DNA of 64,000 nucleotides from Candidatus Eiseniibacteriota bacterium (lineage in GTDB: Bacteria; Eisenbacteria; RBG-16-71-46; JACRLI01), in assembly GCA_025351485.1 (NCBI GenBank), contig JANXVU010000133.1:5066-69065 (forward strand). Direction: 5' to 3'. Within the stretch, counting starts at the first letter, position 1; every line of letters begins with the position of its first letter. The notes under the pieces are model-generated. The model saw only the letters and a program-made list of their open reading frames with translations, was not told the origin of the DNA and did not search any database. The position numbers and the translations under genes are program-made. This document shows positions 51,028 to 60,404 of the stretch, in pieces.

Positions 51028-51939
51028 TCAAAAAAAGTGCTGCAGGAGTCCTGAAACCTGGTCGATCCGCGCATCCGCGCCCGGGAGCGGCCCGGCCGGG
51101 TAGCGGCCGTGCGGGTCGCACAACACCCCGAACCGGACCCGCTCGTCGGCTTCGCGCGCGTACTTGATGTCGGATTCCAGCGAGTCCCCCACCGTGATCA
51201 CGAAACCCCCGGGCGCGAGCGGCGTCTGCTCCAGCGCGTGGCGGAAGAACTCGGGACCGCTCTTTTCGTAAGGGTCCCCCAGCACCAAACCTTCCACCAG
51301 GCCGGCGATTGGACGGAGCGCATCCTTCATCCGGGCGCGCTTCCACTCCATGGCCGGGCCGGGCTCGTAGCGCCAGCCGCCCTGGCCGGGGATCAAGCGG
51401 CAATCGGAACTGCTGACGAGATAGGTCCGGTAACCCCGGACGCGCAGTTCGCCCACCGTCTCGGCCACGCCGGGGTAGAGTTTTTGCGCGGGCGCCAGAG
51501 CCTTCCAGTATTCCGCGGTGCCCTGCGTGACCTCTTCGCGCGGCAACTTCACGCCGCTGTCCTCCGCGGCGATTTCCAACCACACCTCGCGCGCCCAGCG
51601 CACGGGCCTGGGTCCGTCGGCGGTCACCCGCTCGAGACGCCGCGTAAGCCGATCCGCCAGGGCCGAATCGTCGGAGGCCTTGCCGCCGTTCGTCTGGAGC
51701 GTGGCGTGCGTGCCGTCCCCACCCTTGTGCCAGTGGCGGAGCGAGACCCGGAAGCAGCGGTCGAACAGTTCGGCGAGCTTTTTTGCTTTCAGGGGATCCA
51801 TGTGGCGGCCGGCCCAACGCTCCACCGCCCGCACGCCCGAGGGGTGCGCGCCGGTGAAGTCCAGCACCGTGTCGTCCACGTCCAGCCAGACGACGGGCGC
51901 GGGGCCGTTCTTGGAGGAATGTCGATGCAGTGGCGGCAT
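51028..51939 (-). CDS. HAD-superfamily hydrolase with large cap insertion
   Basis: Motif I VWLDVDDTVLDF, motif II YLVSSS and motif IV VGDSLESDI. About 130 aa lie between motifs I and II. There is no clear SD at ATG 51939, so the start is uncertain. Confidence 0.65.
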   Translation of the reverse strand: MPPLHRHSSKNGPAPVVWLDVDDTVLDFTGAHPSGVRAVERWAGRHMDPLKAKKLAELFDRCFRVSLRHWHKGGDGTHATLQTNGGKASDDSALADRLTRRLERVTADGPRPVRWAREVWLEIAAEDSGVKLPREEVTQGTAEYWKALAPAQKLYPGVAETVGELRVRGYRTYLVSSSDCRLIPGQGGWRYEPGPAMEWKRARMKDALRPIAGLVEGLVLGDPYEKSGPEFFRHALEQTPLAPGGFVITVGDSLESDIKYAREADERVRFGVLCDPHGRYPAGPLPGADARIDQVSGLLQHFF

Positions 51940-51961
51940 GGGAGATCGGGACCAGGGCGCG

Positions 51962-51988
51962 AAAAAAAGGGGCAGCCAGGGCCGCCCC
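51962..51988 (-). terminator. Intrinsic terminator after the T9SS-tail protein gene
   Basis: Minus strand reads GGGGCGGC-CCTG-GCTGCCCC followed by TTTTTTT, about 25 nt after the stop at 52013. Confidence 0.7.
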
Positions 51989-52012
51989 TTTCGCTTGGTG
52001 GCGGAATCGGTT

Positions 52013-54727
52013 TTACGGCCTTCGAACGAGGATCATCTTACGCGAAATCACGCGCTCCTGCGAGGTCGCACGATAGAAATATATCCCGTTAGGCGCAAGC
52101 CCTCCGGAAGTCGAGCGGCCATCCCAGGTGAAGTCCCGCGAGCCCGCCTGGGCGCGACCCCGAAACAGGGTTGCCACCGAACGCCCGCGCACGTCGAATA
52201 CGGCAACATCGATGTCGGAGGCCCGGTCCATCGAGATCGAAAAACGCGTGGAGGCCGAGAACGGGTTGGGATGGTTCGCGGAAAGCGCCATTCGCAGCGC
52301 GCCCCCGAGCGATGTGGAGCTTGCCGGCATGGTCACCAGGAGGCGTCCCCCGTCGGTCCCGGAGAACTCGCCTCCGGACATCGACACTTCGCCGCCCGGA
52401 TCGCGGCCGGCCAGGAGCTCCAGCCGCACCCGCAGATCCATCGAAGAGCCCGGACTCGGCGGGCCTGCGGTGTGGTTCGCCGTCTGGATAAGTCCGATTC
52501 GCAGCGTCGAGCCCTGAACCTGGTGGAGCTCCATCCACGAGGACGCGCCCGGCGGCAGGCTTACGCCCGCGACCCGGTAGCGGTCGGACGGGAAGCTGAG
52601 ATCCAGCCGCGCCCCGCCCAGGAGATCGCTGCCTTCAAGCTGAACCGGAATTTCCGCACCGGTGGCGGTCGTGACAAATTCCCCGACCGAAGCCTTCACG
52701 GTAGGCGCCGGGCGACCGGTGCCGGAGTCCGATCCGCAGTTCACGCACGGGCCGGCCGACAGGATCTGCACGGCGCAGCACAGCACGTCGTCCAGATCGA
52801 ACCGCCGATTTTTGTCGCAATCGAACCGGCTCGATGCCGAGTCCGGACACGACCCTTCGCCGTTGACGCAATGCACCATCTGCACCAGGTCGCGGATGTC
52901 CGCGACCCCGTCGCCGTTGAAGTCGCACGGGTTCTCGGCGCAGATCACGGCGGGCCCGAGGTCACGCGGATAGAGTTCCTTCATCGGTCCGACGCACGGC
53001 AGGGCCGAGCAGGCCGGCACGCCTGCGCCAAGGCTATCGGAGCCTAAAAGAATTTCGCTCGCCAGCCAGCTCGTGCTCGGAGCCGGGGTTCCGGGCGGCG
53101 TCTCCACCGTCACCCGCAGCACCGCCGGCGGGGACACTCCCTGCACTCCCGCCGGAATCGGAGCGCCGTGCTCAGCGAACAGCACGTACCTCGCTCCGTC
53201 CGCCGTGCTCTGCCACGTGAGGTGCATCCCGGCGGCGGGCCCAACGGCATCGAGGTGCGTGACCTTCAGCCCCGCCGGGCTGAGGCGCAACTCGCCCTGG
53301 ACACCCGAGAGCGCCACGGTGCTTCGCATCTCCAGGGTCAGGACCGCCGGGCGCGTGGCGCTCACGGTGGCGTCGCACATCCCCCGGCTCGATCCAAGGC
53401 TGTCCTTGATCGTGCTCTGCCACAGTCCCTGCACGCAAGTGGACGGCGAACGGAAGGGGCAACTGTCGGCGACCACGAAGGGCACAATCGCCCGGGAGGG
53501 CGGCCAGACCGAATCGCTTCGGGCACATGTGTACTCCGCCAGCTCCACCATCAAGTGATACTGGCGACCCGGCAGGGGCGGGAGTTTTAGCACCGCGCCC
53601 CAGGGGACCGGATTGGCCGCGCACGGTGGGCGCGAGCACGGCCAGGCTTCGACCTCCAGTCGCAGAATGGGGGGCTGGATCCCAGGCTGCATGGAAGGAT
53701 TGGGCAGCAGCAGGGTCCGCATGAGGGAATAGCAGGTGGTCGGGAACGTGCCATACACCTGCACCGTGATGCTGTCCCCCGGACAGATCTGGTTCATGCT
53801 CACCGGCCCGCACGGAGTGGGCTGGCCGATCACGATGGCATCCACATAGGGCAGGATCCCGGGCGGCGGCGGGACCGAATCGCAGTACTCCGTCACCTTG
53901 AACGAGAAGACATCCGAGTACAGGCCCTGGTGCTGCGAGTCATGCAGGACGCGTTCGTTGATGCGAAGCGAGTACGTCCCCGAGAGCATCCGTCCCAGCG
54001 GGAAAACCGCGCGCCAGGGCTTCATGTAGGTCGGGCAGGCTCCACTTCCGCTCGGATTCACGTCCAACACCAGCCGGGCGCCGCCGGAATCGCCGAGGGA
54101 AGCCTGGATGAGCTCGCCGCAGCCGTCGTTGAAGGACCCTTCCATCACCATGGAAACCGGCTGGCCCGCGCAGGGCGCCGCTGGGTCCGTGAAGATCCGG
54201 TAAACATAGGGCAGCGCAGATGGCGGCGGTGGCGGAGGCGGCACGGTGTCGAGGCTGCAGGATGCGCTCACGTAGAAGGGCAGTTTTTCGCCGACATTCA
54301 CGGCGTAGGCCGAGTCACCCCGGCTGCTGATCACCAGGGTCTCGCGGTTGATGGTGATCCCCTGCTCGCCTGCGGGGAAACGGCCCATGTTCAGCCGGAT
54401 GGGGTAGAACTTGAACGGCCCGATCAGGCACTGGCGGTCGGAGTACACCTGGTTGCGGACCCGGACCGAACTCGGGCCGACCACCTCGGCCCCCATGAAG
54501 CTGTCGCACGGAGTGGCCTCGTACCCCATCACCTGGACGAACACGCTGTCAATCACGCAGGGGGCCGGCGGCAGGATCCCTGGGTTCGGCCAAGGCGCGG
54601 GGATGGGGGGCCCAACGAACCCCGAGTCCCCGGGCGTGGATCCCTGGGCAAGGGCGGCGGACGCCAGCAGGGCGGAAACGAAAGAAGCGGCCACGAAGGC
54701 CCGGAGGGGAAGTCGCAGAGTTTTCAT
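52013..54727 (-). CDS. Large secreted surface protein: three Cys-containing repeat modules, cohesin-like / dockerin-like / cohesin-like region, and a T9SS-type (Por_Secre_tail / FlgD-Ig-like) C-terminal domain
   Basis: ATG at 54727; signal peptide MKTLRLPLRAFVAASFVSALLASAALAQG. Dockerin-like pair CDFNGDGVADIRDLVQMV and CDKNRRFDLDDVLCCAVQIL. The C-terminus LSANHPNPFSASTRFSISMDRASDIDVAVFDVRGRSVATLFRG..FTWDGRSTSGGLAPNGIYFYR..RKMILVR matches the T9SS sorting-domain pattern. Confidence 0.8.
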   Translation of the reverse strand: MKTLRLPLRAFVAASFVSALLASAALAQGSTPGDSGFVGPPIPAPWPNPGILPPAPCVIDSVFVQVMGYEATPCDSFMGAEVVGPSSVRVRNQVYSDRQCLIGPFKFYPIRLNMGRFPAGEQGITINRETLVISSRGDSAYAVNVGEKLPFYVSASCSLDTVPPPPPPPSALPYVYRIFTDPAAPCAGQPVSMVMEGSFNDGCGELIQASLGDSGGARLVLDVNPSGSGACPTYMKPWRAVFPLGRMLSGTYSLRINERVLHDSQHQGLYSDVFSFKVTEYCDSVPPPPGILPYVDAIVIGQPTPCGPVSMNQICPGDSITVQVYGTFPTTCYSLMRTLLLPNPSMQPGIQPPILRLEVEAWPCSRPPCAANPVPWGAVLKLPPLPGRQYHLMVELAEYTCARSDSVWPPSRAIVPFVVADSCPFRSPSTCVQGLWQSTIKDSLGSSRGMCDATVSATRPAVLTLEMRSTVALSGVQGELRLSPAGLKVTHLDAVGPAAGMHLTWQSTADGARYVLFAEHGAPIPAGVQGVSPPAVLRVTVETPPGTPAPSTSWLASEILLGSDSLGAGVPACSALPCVGPMKELYPRDLGPAVICAENPCDFNGDGVADIRDLVQMVHCVNGEGSCPDSASSRFDCDKNRRFDLDDVLCCAVQILSAGPCVNCGSDSGTGRPAPTVKASVGEFVTTATGAEIPVQLEGSDLLGGARLDLSFPSDRYRVAGVSLPPGASSWMELHQVQGSTLRIGLIQTANHTAGPPSPGSSMDLRVRLELLAGRDPGGEVSMSGGEFSGTDGGRLLVTMPASSTSLGGALRMALSANHPNPFSASTRFSISMDRASDIDVAVFDVRGRSVATLFRGRAQAGSRDFTWDGRSTSGGLAPNGIYFYRATSQERVISRKMILVRRP

Positions 54728-54869
54728 AGGGGCGCCTCCCGAGACGCGGATTTCAGATGCAACAAGGAGGGGCAATCAAGCGATCGCGGGGCTGCGTGCC
54801 CAAAGCCATTACACGGCCGGTCCCGGGCCGGTTCCCCCGTGGCCGGGGAATGCACGCCGCACCCACCTC

Positions 54870-54878
54870 TGGTAGAAT
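54870..54878 (+). promoter_or_regulatory. Candidate extended -10 promoter element (TGGTAGAAT)
   Basis: TGnTAnAAT-like element about 70 nt upstream of the TTG start at 54947. The -35 is poor. Confidence 0.3.
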
Positions 54879-54946
54879 ACACCCTTGGCCGGGCGGCAGC
54901 GCAATGCCCCCCCGGACCTCGCCCATCCCTTAACCGCGAGACCGTT

Positions 54947-56800
54947 TTGTCCCAATCATTTACAGAACAGATCCGGACCGGGGTACCGATCCTGGCCGAC
55001 GGCGCCATGGGTACCTTGCTGTACCTGCGCGGCGTTCCCTACGACCATTGCTTTGACGAGCTCAACGCCTCCCGGCCGGAACTGATCCAGGCGATCCACC
55101 GCGAATACATCACCGCGGGGGCCGCCCTGGTGGAAACCAACACGTTCGGGGCGAACCGGATCAAGCTGGAGCGCTTCGGGCTGCAAGACCGGGTGGTGGA
55201 GCTCAACCGCAAGGCGGTGAGCATCGCGCGCGCCGCGCGCGACATCTCGGGCCGCGAAGTGTGGGTGGCAGGTTCCATCGGCCCGATCGGCAAGCCCTCT
55301 TCCCTGCCGACCGCCAAGAGCCGCGCGGAGATGTTCGCCGCGTTCAAGGAACAGGTGGAAGGCCTGCTCGAGGGCGGGGCCGATCTGCTGATGTTCGAGA
55401 CCTTCTGGGATCTGGACCAGATGCAGGACGCCATCCGCGCCGCGCGCGAGGTGTGCTCGCTTCCGATCGTGGCCCAGATGACGTTTACCGAAGAGTGCAT
55501 CACGCTTCACGGGCGCCCCCCCGAGGAGGTCGCGCGCACCCTGGCGGAGGCGGGCGCTGACGTGGTGGGCGCGAATTGTTCCGTGGGCCCGCTGGCGATG
55601 CTGGATGTGATCGAGAAGATGGCCAGCGCCACCGATCTTCCGCTGGCGGTGCAGCCCAACGCCGGGCTGCCTCAGTTCGTCGAGGGGCGCTACGTTTACC
55701 TGACCAGCCCCGACTACTTCGCCGAGTACACCATCAAGTTCGCGGAAGCCGGCACCCGCCTGATCGGCGGCTGCTGCGGCACGACCCCCGCGCACATCGC
55801 GGCCATGCGGGCGGCGCTGGACCGGCTCCACCCGGGCGAAGTGCGTCCCCATCCGATCGTGGTCACCCCTCCTCCTCCGGCGGAGCCCGAGCAGGCCGAG
55901 AACGGCGAAGACGACGGCTCGTTCGCCTCCAAGCTGGGCAAGCAATTCGTGATCAGCGTGGAGCTGGACCCGCCCAAGGGGCTCAAACCGGCCAAACTGA
56001 TCCGGGCCGCCGAAATGATGAAGGCCGAGGGCGTGGACGCGATCAATATCGCCGACAGCCCGATGGCGCGGGTGCGCATGAGCGCGCTGGCGCTGGCCTA
56101 TCTCATCCAGTCCCGGGTGGGCTCGGAGGTAATTCTTCATTTCACCTGCCGCGACCGCAACCTGATGGGGCTCCAGAGCGACCTGATCGGCGCACACGCG
56201 GTGGGGGTGAAGAACATTCTGGCCCTGACCGGGGACCCGCCCACCGTGGGCGACTACGCCCACGCCACCGCGGTCTACGACGTGGACTCCATCGGGCTCA
56301 TCAAGATCATCAAGCGCATGAACGAGGGTTTCGATGGGGCGGGAACGTCCATCGGCTCCAAGGCGCACTTCCGCATCGCGTGCGCAGTGAACCCCACCGC
56401 GGAAAACCTGGACGAAGAGATCTCGCGCTTCCGCCAGAAGATCGAGGCCGGGGCCGAGTACGCCATGACCCAGCCGCTGTACGAGATGTCCACCTGGAAC
56501 GACTTCCTGGAACGCCTGGGGCCGGTGAACATCCCGATCCTGTTCGGCGTGCTTCCGCTGCAGAGCAGCCGCCACGCGGAGTTCCTGCACAACGAGGTGC
56601 CCGGCATCAGCGTGCCCGCGTGGGTGCGCGAGCGGATGCGCGTGGCCGGGGCCGACGGCCAGGCCGAGGGCGCACGCCTCGCCACCGAGCTGCTGCTGGA
56701 GGCCCGGGGCAAGGTGCACGGCGTGTACCTGATGCCTTCGTTCGGGCGCTACGACCAGATCCTGGAAGTGGTGCGGGCCGCGCGCCAGGAGGCGACGTAG
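54947..56800 (+). CDS. Bifunctional homocysteine S-methyltransferase / 5,10-methylenetetrahydrofolate reductase (YitJ-like)
   Basis: The TTG start gives (M)SQSFTEQIRTGVPILADGAMGTLLY. Other motifs are ETNTFGAN, GGCCGTTPAHI (Zn/Hcy site), then the MTHFR half FVISVELDPPKG..HFTCRDRN..LALTGDPP. The 340 upstream codons of the ORF track are rejected because they overlap the minus-strand gene. Confidence 0.88.
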   Translation: MSQSFTEQIRTGVPILADGAMGTLLYLRGVPYDHCFDELNASRPELIQAIHREYITAGAALVETNTFGANRIKLERFGLQDRVVELNRKAVSIARAARDISGREVWVAGSIGPIGKPSSLPTAKSRAEMFAAFKEQVEGLLEGGADLLMFETFWDLDQMQDAIRAAREVCSLPIVAQMTFTEECITLHGRPPEEVARTLAEAGADVVGANCSVGPLAMLDVIEKMASATDLPLAVQPNAGLPQFVEGRYVYLTSPDYFAEYTIKFAEAGTRLIGGCCGTTPAHIAAMRAALDRLHPGEVRPHPIVVTPPPPAEPEQAENGEDDGSFASKLGKQFVISVELDPPKGLKPAKLIRAAEMMKAEGVDAINIADSPMARVRMSALALAYLIQSRVGSEVILHFTCRDRNLMGLQSDLIGAHAVGVKNILALTGDPPTVGDYAHATAVYDVDSIGLIKIIKRMNEGFDGAGTSIGSKAHFRIACAVNPTAENLDEEISRFRQKIEAGAEYAMTQPLYEMSTWNDFLERLGPVNIPILFGVLPLQSSRHAEFLHNEVPGISVPAWVRERMRVAGADGQAEGARLATELLLEARGKVHGVYLMPSFGRYDQILEVVRAARQEAT

Positions 56801-56802
56801 AG

Positions 56803-58608
56803 TTGTCCTCCAGGCCCCCCGGCGCCCCGGCCCCACCCTCCAATTTCCAGCGGGCCGTTTCCTACCTGACGCCCTATCGCGGAAAGCTCCTGGCCGGCAC
56901 GGTGGCCCTGGTCGGGGCCAACCTGTTCTCCCTGGCCCAGCCGTGGGTCATGAGGCGCGCCGTCGACACCGTGGCCAAGTGGGCCCCGCACGAGGGTCGC
57001 CTGCTGACCACGCTGGACCCGCAGGCGCTCCAGGGTATCCAGTCGGCGGCCATGTGGATCGTGGGGCTTTCCCTGGTGGGCGGCCTGATGCGATACACCA
57101 TGCGCTTCCTCATGATCGGTGCCTCCCGCGACTGCGAGCGGGACCTGCGCGCCGACTACTTCTCCCACCTCCTGACGCTCTCCCCCGCCTACTACCAGCG
57201 CAACCGCGTGGGCGACCTGATGAGCCGCGCCACCAACGACCTGGGCTCGGTCCGCATGATGTGGGGACCGGCGTTGATGCAGTCGATGCAGACCCTGGTC
57301 AACTTCGCGGTGGCCCTGACGCTGATGCTGCGGATCGACGCCAAGCTCACGCTGCTGGCGCTGATCCCCATGCCGATTCTTTCCGTGGTCATGGCCCGGG
57401 TGGGCGGGCTGATCCACCGGCGCTACGAAGAGATCCAGGACCACCTGGGGCGCATGAGCACGCGGGTGCAGGAAAACCTGGCCGGGGTGCGGGTGGTGAA
57501 GGCCTACGCCCGCGAGAAGAGCGAGATGGATGCCTTTGCTGCGGCCAACGCCGAGTACGTGAAGAAGAATCTCAGCCTGATCAAGATCACCGGGTTCTTC
57601 TATCCCCTGTTCGGGCTGCTCTCCGGCGCCGGAGGGGCGGTGGTGCTGTGGGTGGGCGGGCACGAGGTGCTGAGCGGCAAGATCACCATCGGCTCCTTCG
57701 TGGCCTTCAACGCCTACCTCATGATGCTGGCCTGGCCCATGATGGCGGCCGGCTGGGTGGTGAACCTGTTCCAGCGCGGCATGGCCTCCATGCACCGCAT
57801 GGGAACAGTGCTGGATTCTGACCCCGAGATCCTGGGCGGCAGTGAGGACGAGCTTCCCGCGCGCGGCGGCCTGCACTTCAAGGGCGTTTCGTTCCGCTTC
57901 ACCCCCGAAGGGCCGTGGGCGCTCCGGGATATCGAGCTCGAGATCCCCGAGGGCCGCACCGTGGCCATCGTGGGCCCCACCGGCTGCGGCAAGACCACCC
58001 TGCTGGGGCTGCTGCTGCGCCTGCACGAGACCACCGAGGGCCAGGTGCTGGTGGCCGGCCGGGACGTGCGCGACTACTCGCTGGGCGCCCTGCGCCGCTC
58101 GTTCGGCTGGGTGCCGCAAGACACCTTCCTCTTTTCCGAGACCCTGCGCGAAAACGTGCGCCTGGGCGGCGGCTCCGAGGACGGCATCGCCGAGGCCGCC
58201 CGCATGGCCGAGCTCACCGCCGACCTGGAAGTGTTCCCGCGGGGACTGGAGACGGTGATCGGCGAGCGCGGCATCACCCTTTCGGGCGGCCAGAAGCAGC
58301 GCGCCACCCTGGCCCGCGCGCTGGTGCGCCATCCCCGCTTTCTGGTGCTGGATGATGCCTTTTCCAGCGTGGACACCGGCACCGAAGAGGCGATTCTCAG
58401 AAACATCGAGCCCATCATGCGCGGTCGCACCACGCTCCTGGTCTCCCACCGCGTCTCCACCGTGCGCGGCGCGGACCTGATCGTGGTACTGGAGGAAGGG
58501 CGCATCGTGGAACGCGGCACCCACAACCAGCTGCTGGAGTCCGGCGGACTGTACGCGCGCCTGGCGCGGCGCCAGCAGCTGATGGAAGAGCTGGAGACGG
58601 AATCGTGA
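56803..58608 (+). CDS. ABC exporter, fused permease/ATPase half-transporter
   Basis: TTG at 56803 with GGAGG upstream. Six TM helices, then Walker A GPTGCGKTTL, signature LSGGQKQR and Walker B FLVLDDAFS. Confidence 0.9.
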   Translation: MSSRPPGAPAPPSNFQRAVSYLTPYRGKLLAGTVALVGANLFSLAQPWVMRRAVDTVAKWAPHEGRLLTTLDPQALQGIQSAAMWIVGLSLVGGLMRYTMRFLMIGASRDCERDLRADYFSHLLTLSPAYYQRNRVGDLMSRATNDLGSVRMMWGPALMQSMQTLVNFAVALTLMLRIDAKLTLLALIPMPILSVVMARVGGLIHRRYEEIQDHLGRMSTRVQENLAGVRVVKAYAREKSEMDAFAAANAEYVKKNLSLIKITGFFYPLFGLLSGAGGAVVLWVGGHEVLSGKITIGSFVAFNAYLMMLAWPMMAAGWVVNLFQRGMASMHRMGTVLDSDPEILGGSEDELPARGGLHFKGVSFRFTPEGPWALRDIELEIPEGRTVAIVGPTGCGKTTLLGLLLRLHETTEGQVLVAGRDVRDYSLGALRRSFGWVPQDTFLFSETLRENVRLGGGSEDGIAEAARMAELTADLEVFPRGLETVIGERGITLSGGQKQRATLARALVRHPRFLVLDDAFSSVDTGTEEAILRNIEPIMRGRTTLLVSHRVSTVRGADLIVVLEEGRIVERGTHNQLLESGGLYARLARRQQLMEELETES

Positions 58609-60386
58609 GCGACCACGAGCAGCAGGAAGAGGAAATCTTCGGCAAGGCGTACGACAACCGCCTGATGCGGCGGCTGCTGCGCTATCTGAAGCCGTACCGG
58701 CTGTGGGTTGGGCTCGCGATCGGCATCATGCTGGTCGGGACCGGCTTCCAGCTGGCGGTGCCCTACGTGTGGCGCCTCACCATCGACAAAGCGGTGCAGG
58801 GCCACAATCCCCTGCTGCTGGACAAGCTGGGGCTGACCCTGGTGGGAGTGCTGCTGGGCGGCTTCCTGGCCGAGTACGCCCAGGCGTTCATGCTTCAATA
58901 CACCGGCCAGCGCATCATGCGCGACCTGCGCATGCAGCTGTTTTCCCACCTGCAGCGGCAGCCGCTGGGCTTCTTCGACCGCCAGCCGGTGGGCCGCCTG
59001 ATGACCCGGGTGATCAACGACGTGGACGTCTTGAACGAGCTGTTCACCTCGGGTGTGGTGTCGGTGATCGGCGACCTGTTCATGTTGATCGGGATCCTGT
59101 GGGTGCTGTTCTCGTGGAACGTCAGGCTGGCGGTGCTGACCTTCTCGGTGCTGCCGCTGATCTTCCTGGCCACCATGGAGTTCCGCCGCAGGGTGCGCGA
59201 CTCCTACCGAAAGATCCGGACCCTGCTGGCGCGCATCAACGCGTTCCTGCAGGAGAACATCTCAGGCATGGTGACGGTGCAGATGCTGGGCCAGGAAGAG
59301 AACCGCCGCCACAAGTTCAAGAACATCAACGACGCCCACCGCGACGCCAACGTGGAGAACGTCTTCTACTACGCGGTATTCTTCCCGGTGATGGACTTCC
59401 TGAGCGCGCTGGCGCTGGCGCTGCTGGTGTGGTTCGGCGGCCGGCAGGTGCTCCACGGAGCGCTGACCCTGGGGGCGCTGGTGGCGTTCTTCCAGTACGC
59501 GCAGCGCTTCTTCCGGCCCATCAACGACCTGGCCGAGAAGTACACCATTCTTCAGTCGGCCATGGCCTCCTCCGAGCGGATCTTCGACCTGCTGGATACC
59601 GAGCCCACCGTGACCGATGCCGCGCGCCCCCACGCCACGCCGCCGCTCAAGGACGGGATCCGTTTCGAGGACGTGTGGTTCGCCTACAACGACGAGGAAT
59701 GGGTGCTGCGCGACCTGAACCTGACCATTCGCCCAGGGGAAAAGATCGCCATCGTGGGCGCCACCGGCGCGGGCAAGACTTCCCTGGTGCACCTGCTGGG
59801 GCGCTTCTACGACGTGACCAAGGGCCGGATCACCTGGGACGGCCGGGACATCCGGGAACTCAGCATGGAGACCCTGCGCCACCGCCTGGGATACGTGCAG
59901 CAGGACGTGTTCCTGTTCTCCGGGACCATTGCCGACAACATCCACCTTCGCGACGTGTCCATTTCCGAGGAACGCGTGGAATCGGCCGCCCGCGAGGTGC
60001 GGGCGCACGAGTTCATCCGGAAGCTTCCGGGAGGATTCGCAGCTCCGGTGAACGAGCGCGGGACGTCCCTCAGCTCGGGCGAGCGGCAGCTGCTGGCCTT
60101 CGCCCGCGCGCTGGCCTACGATCCCGAGGTGCTGGTGCTGGACGAGGCCACCTCCAGCGTGGATCCCGAGACCGAGGCGCTGATCCAGGAGGCGCTGGAA
60201 CGGCTACTCAAGGGCCGCACCTCCATCGTGGTGGCGCACCGGCTCTCCACCATCCAGTCGGCAGATCGGATCCTGGTGTTCCATCATGGGAAGCTGCGCG
60301 AAGAGGGAAACCACCAGCAGCTGCTGTCACGGGGCGGGATCTACTCGAGGCTGGTGCAGCTGCAGTATGGCGGGGCGCTGCCGTAG
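58605..60386 (+). CDS. ABC exporter, fused permease/ATPase half-transporter (partner subunit)
   Basis: GTGA overlap with the upstream stop. Walker A GATGAGKTSL, signature LSSGERQL and Walker B VLVLDEATSS. 593 aa. Confidence 0.92.
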   Translation: MSDHEQQEEEIFGKAYDNRLMRRLLRYLKPYRLWVGLAIGIMLVGTGFQLAVPYVWRLTIDKAVQGHNPLLLDKLGLTLVGVLLGGFLAEYAQAFMLQYTGQRIMRDLRMQLFSHLQRQPLGFFDRQPVGRLMTRVINDVDVLNELFTSGVVSVIGDLFMLIGILWVLFSWNVRLAVLTFSVLPLIFLATMEFRRRVRDSYRKIRTLLARINAFLQENISGMVTVQMLGQEENRRHKFKNINDAHRDANVENVFYYAVFFPVMDFLSALALALLVWFGGRQVLHGALTLGALVAFFQYAQRFFRPINDLAEKYTILQSAMASSERIFDLLDTEPTVTDAARPHATPPLKDGIRFEDVWFAYNDEEWVLRDLNLTIRPGEKIAIVGATGAGKTSLVHLLGRFYDVTKGRITWDGRDIRELSMETLRHRLGYVQQDVFLFSGTIADNIHLRDVSISEERVESAAREVRAHEFIRKLPGGFAAPVNERGTSLSSGERQLLAFARALAYDPEVLVLDEATSSVDPETEALIQEALERLLKGRTSIVVAHRLSTIQSADRILVFHHGKLREEGNHQQLLSRGGIYSRLVQLQYGGALP

Positions 60387-60404
60387 CTCCCCCGAGGAGG
60401 CCGC

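Noticed and set aside
54956-58524. Minus-strand ORFs of 626 aa (54956-56836) and 591 aa (56749-58524)
   Set aside because: They are antisense to the HMT/MTHFR and ABC transporter genes, which carry unambiguous catalytic motifs.
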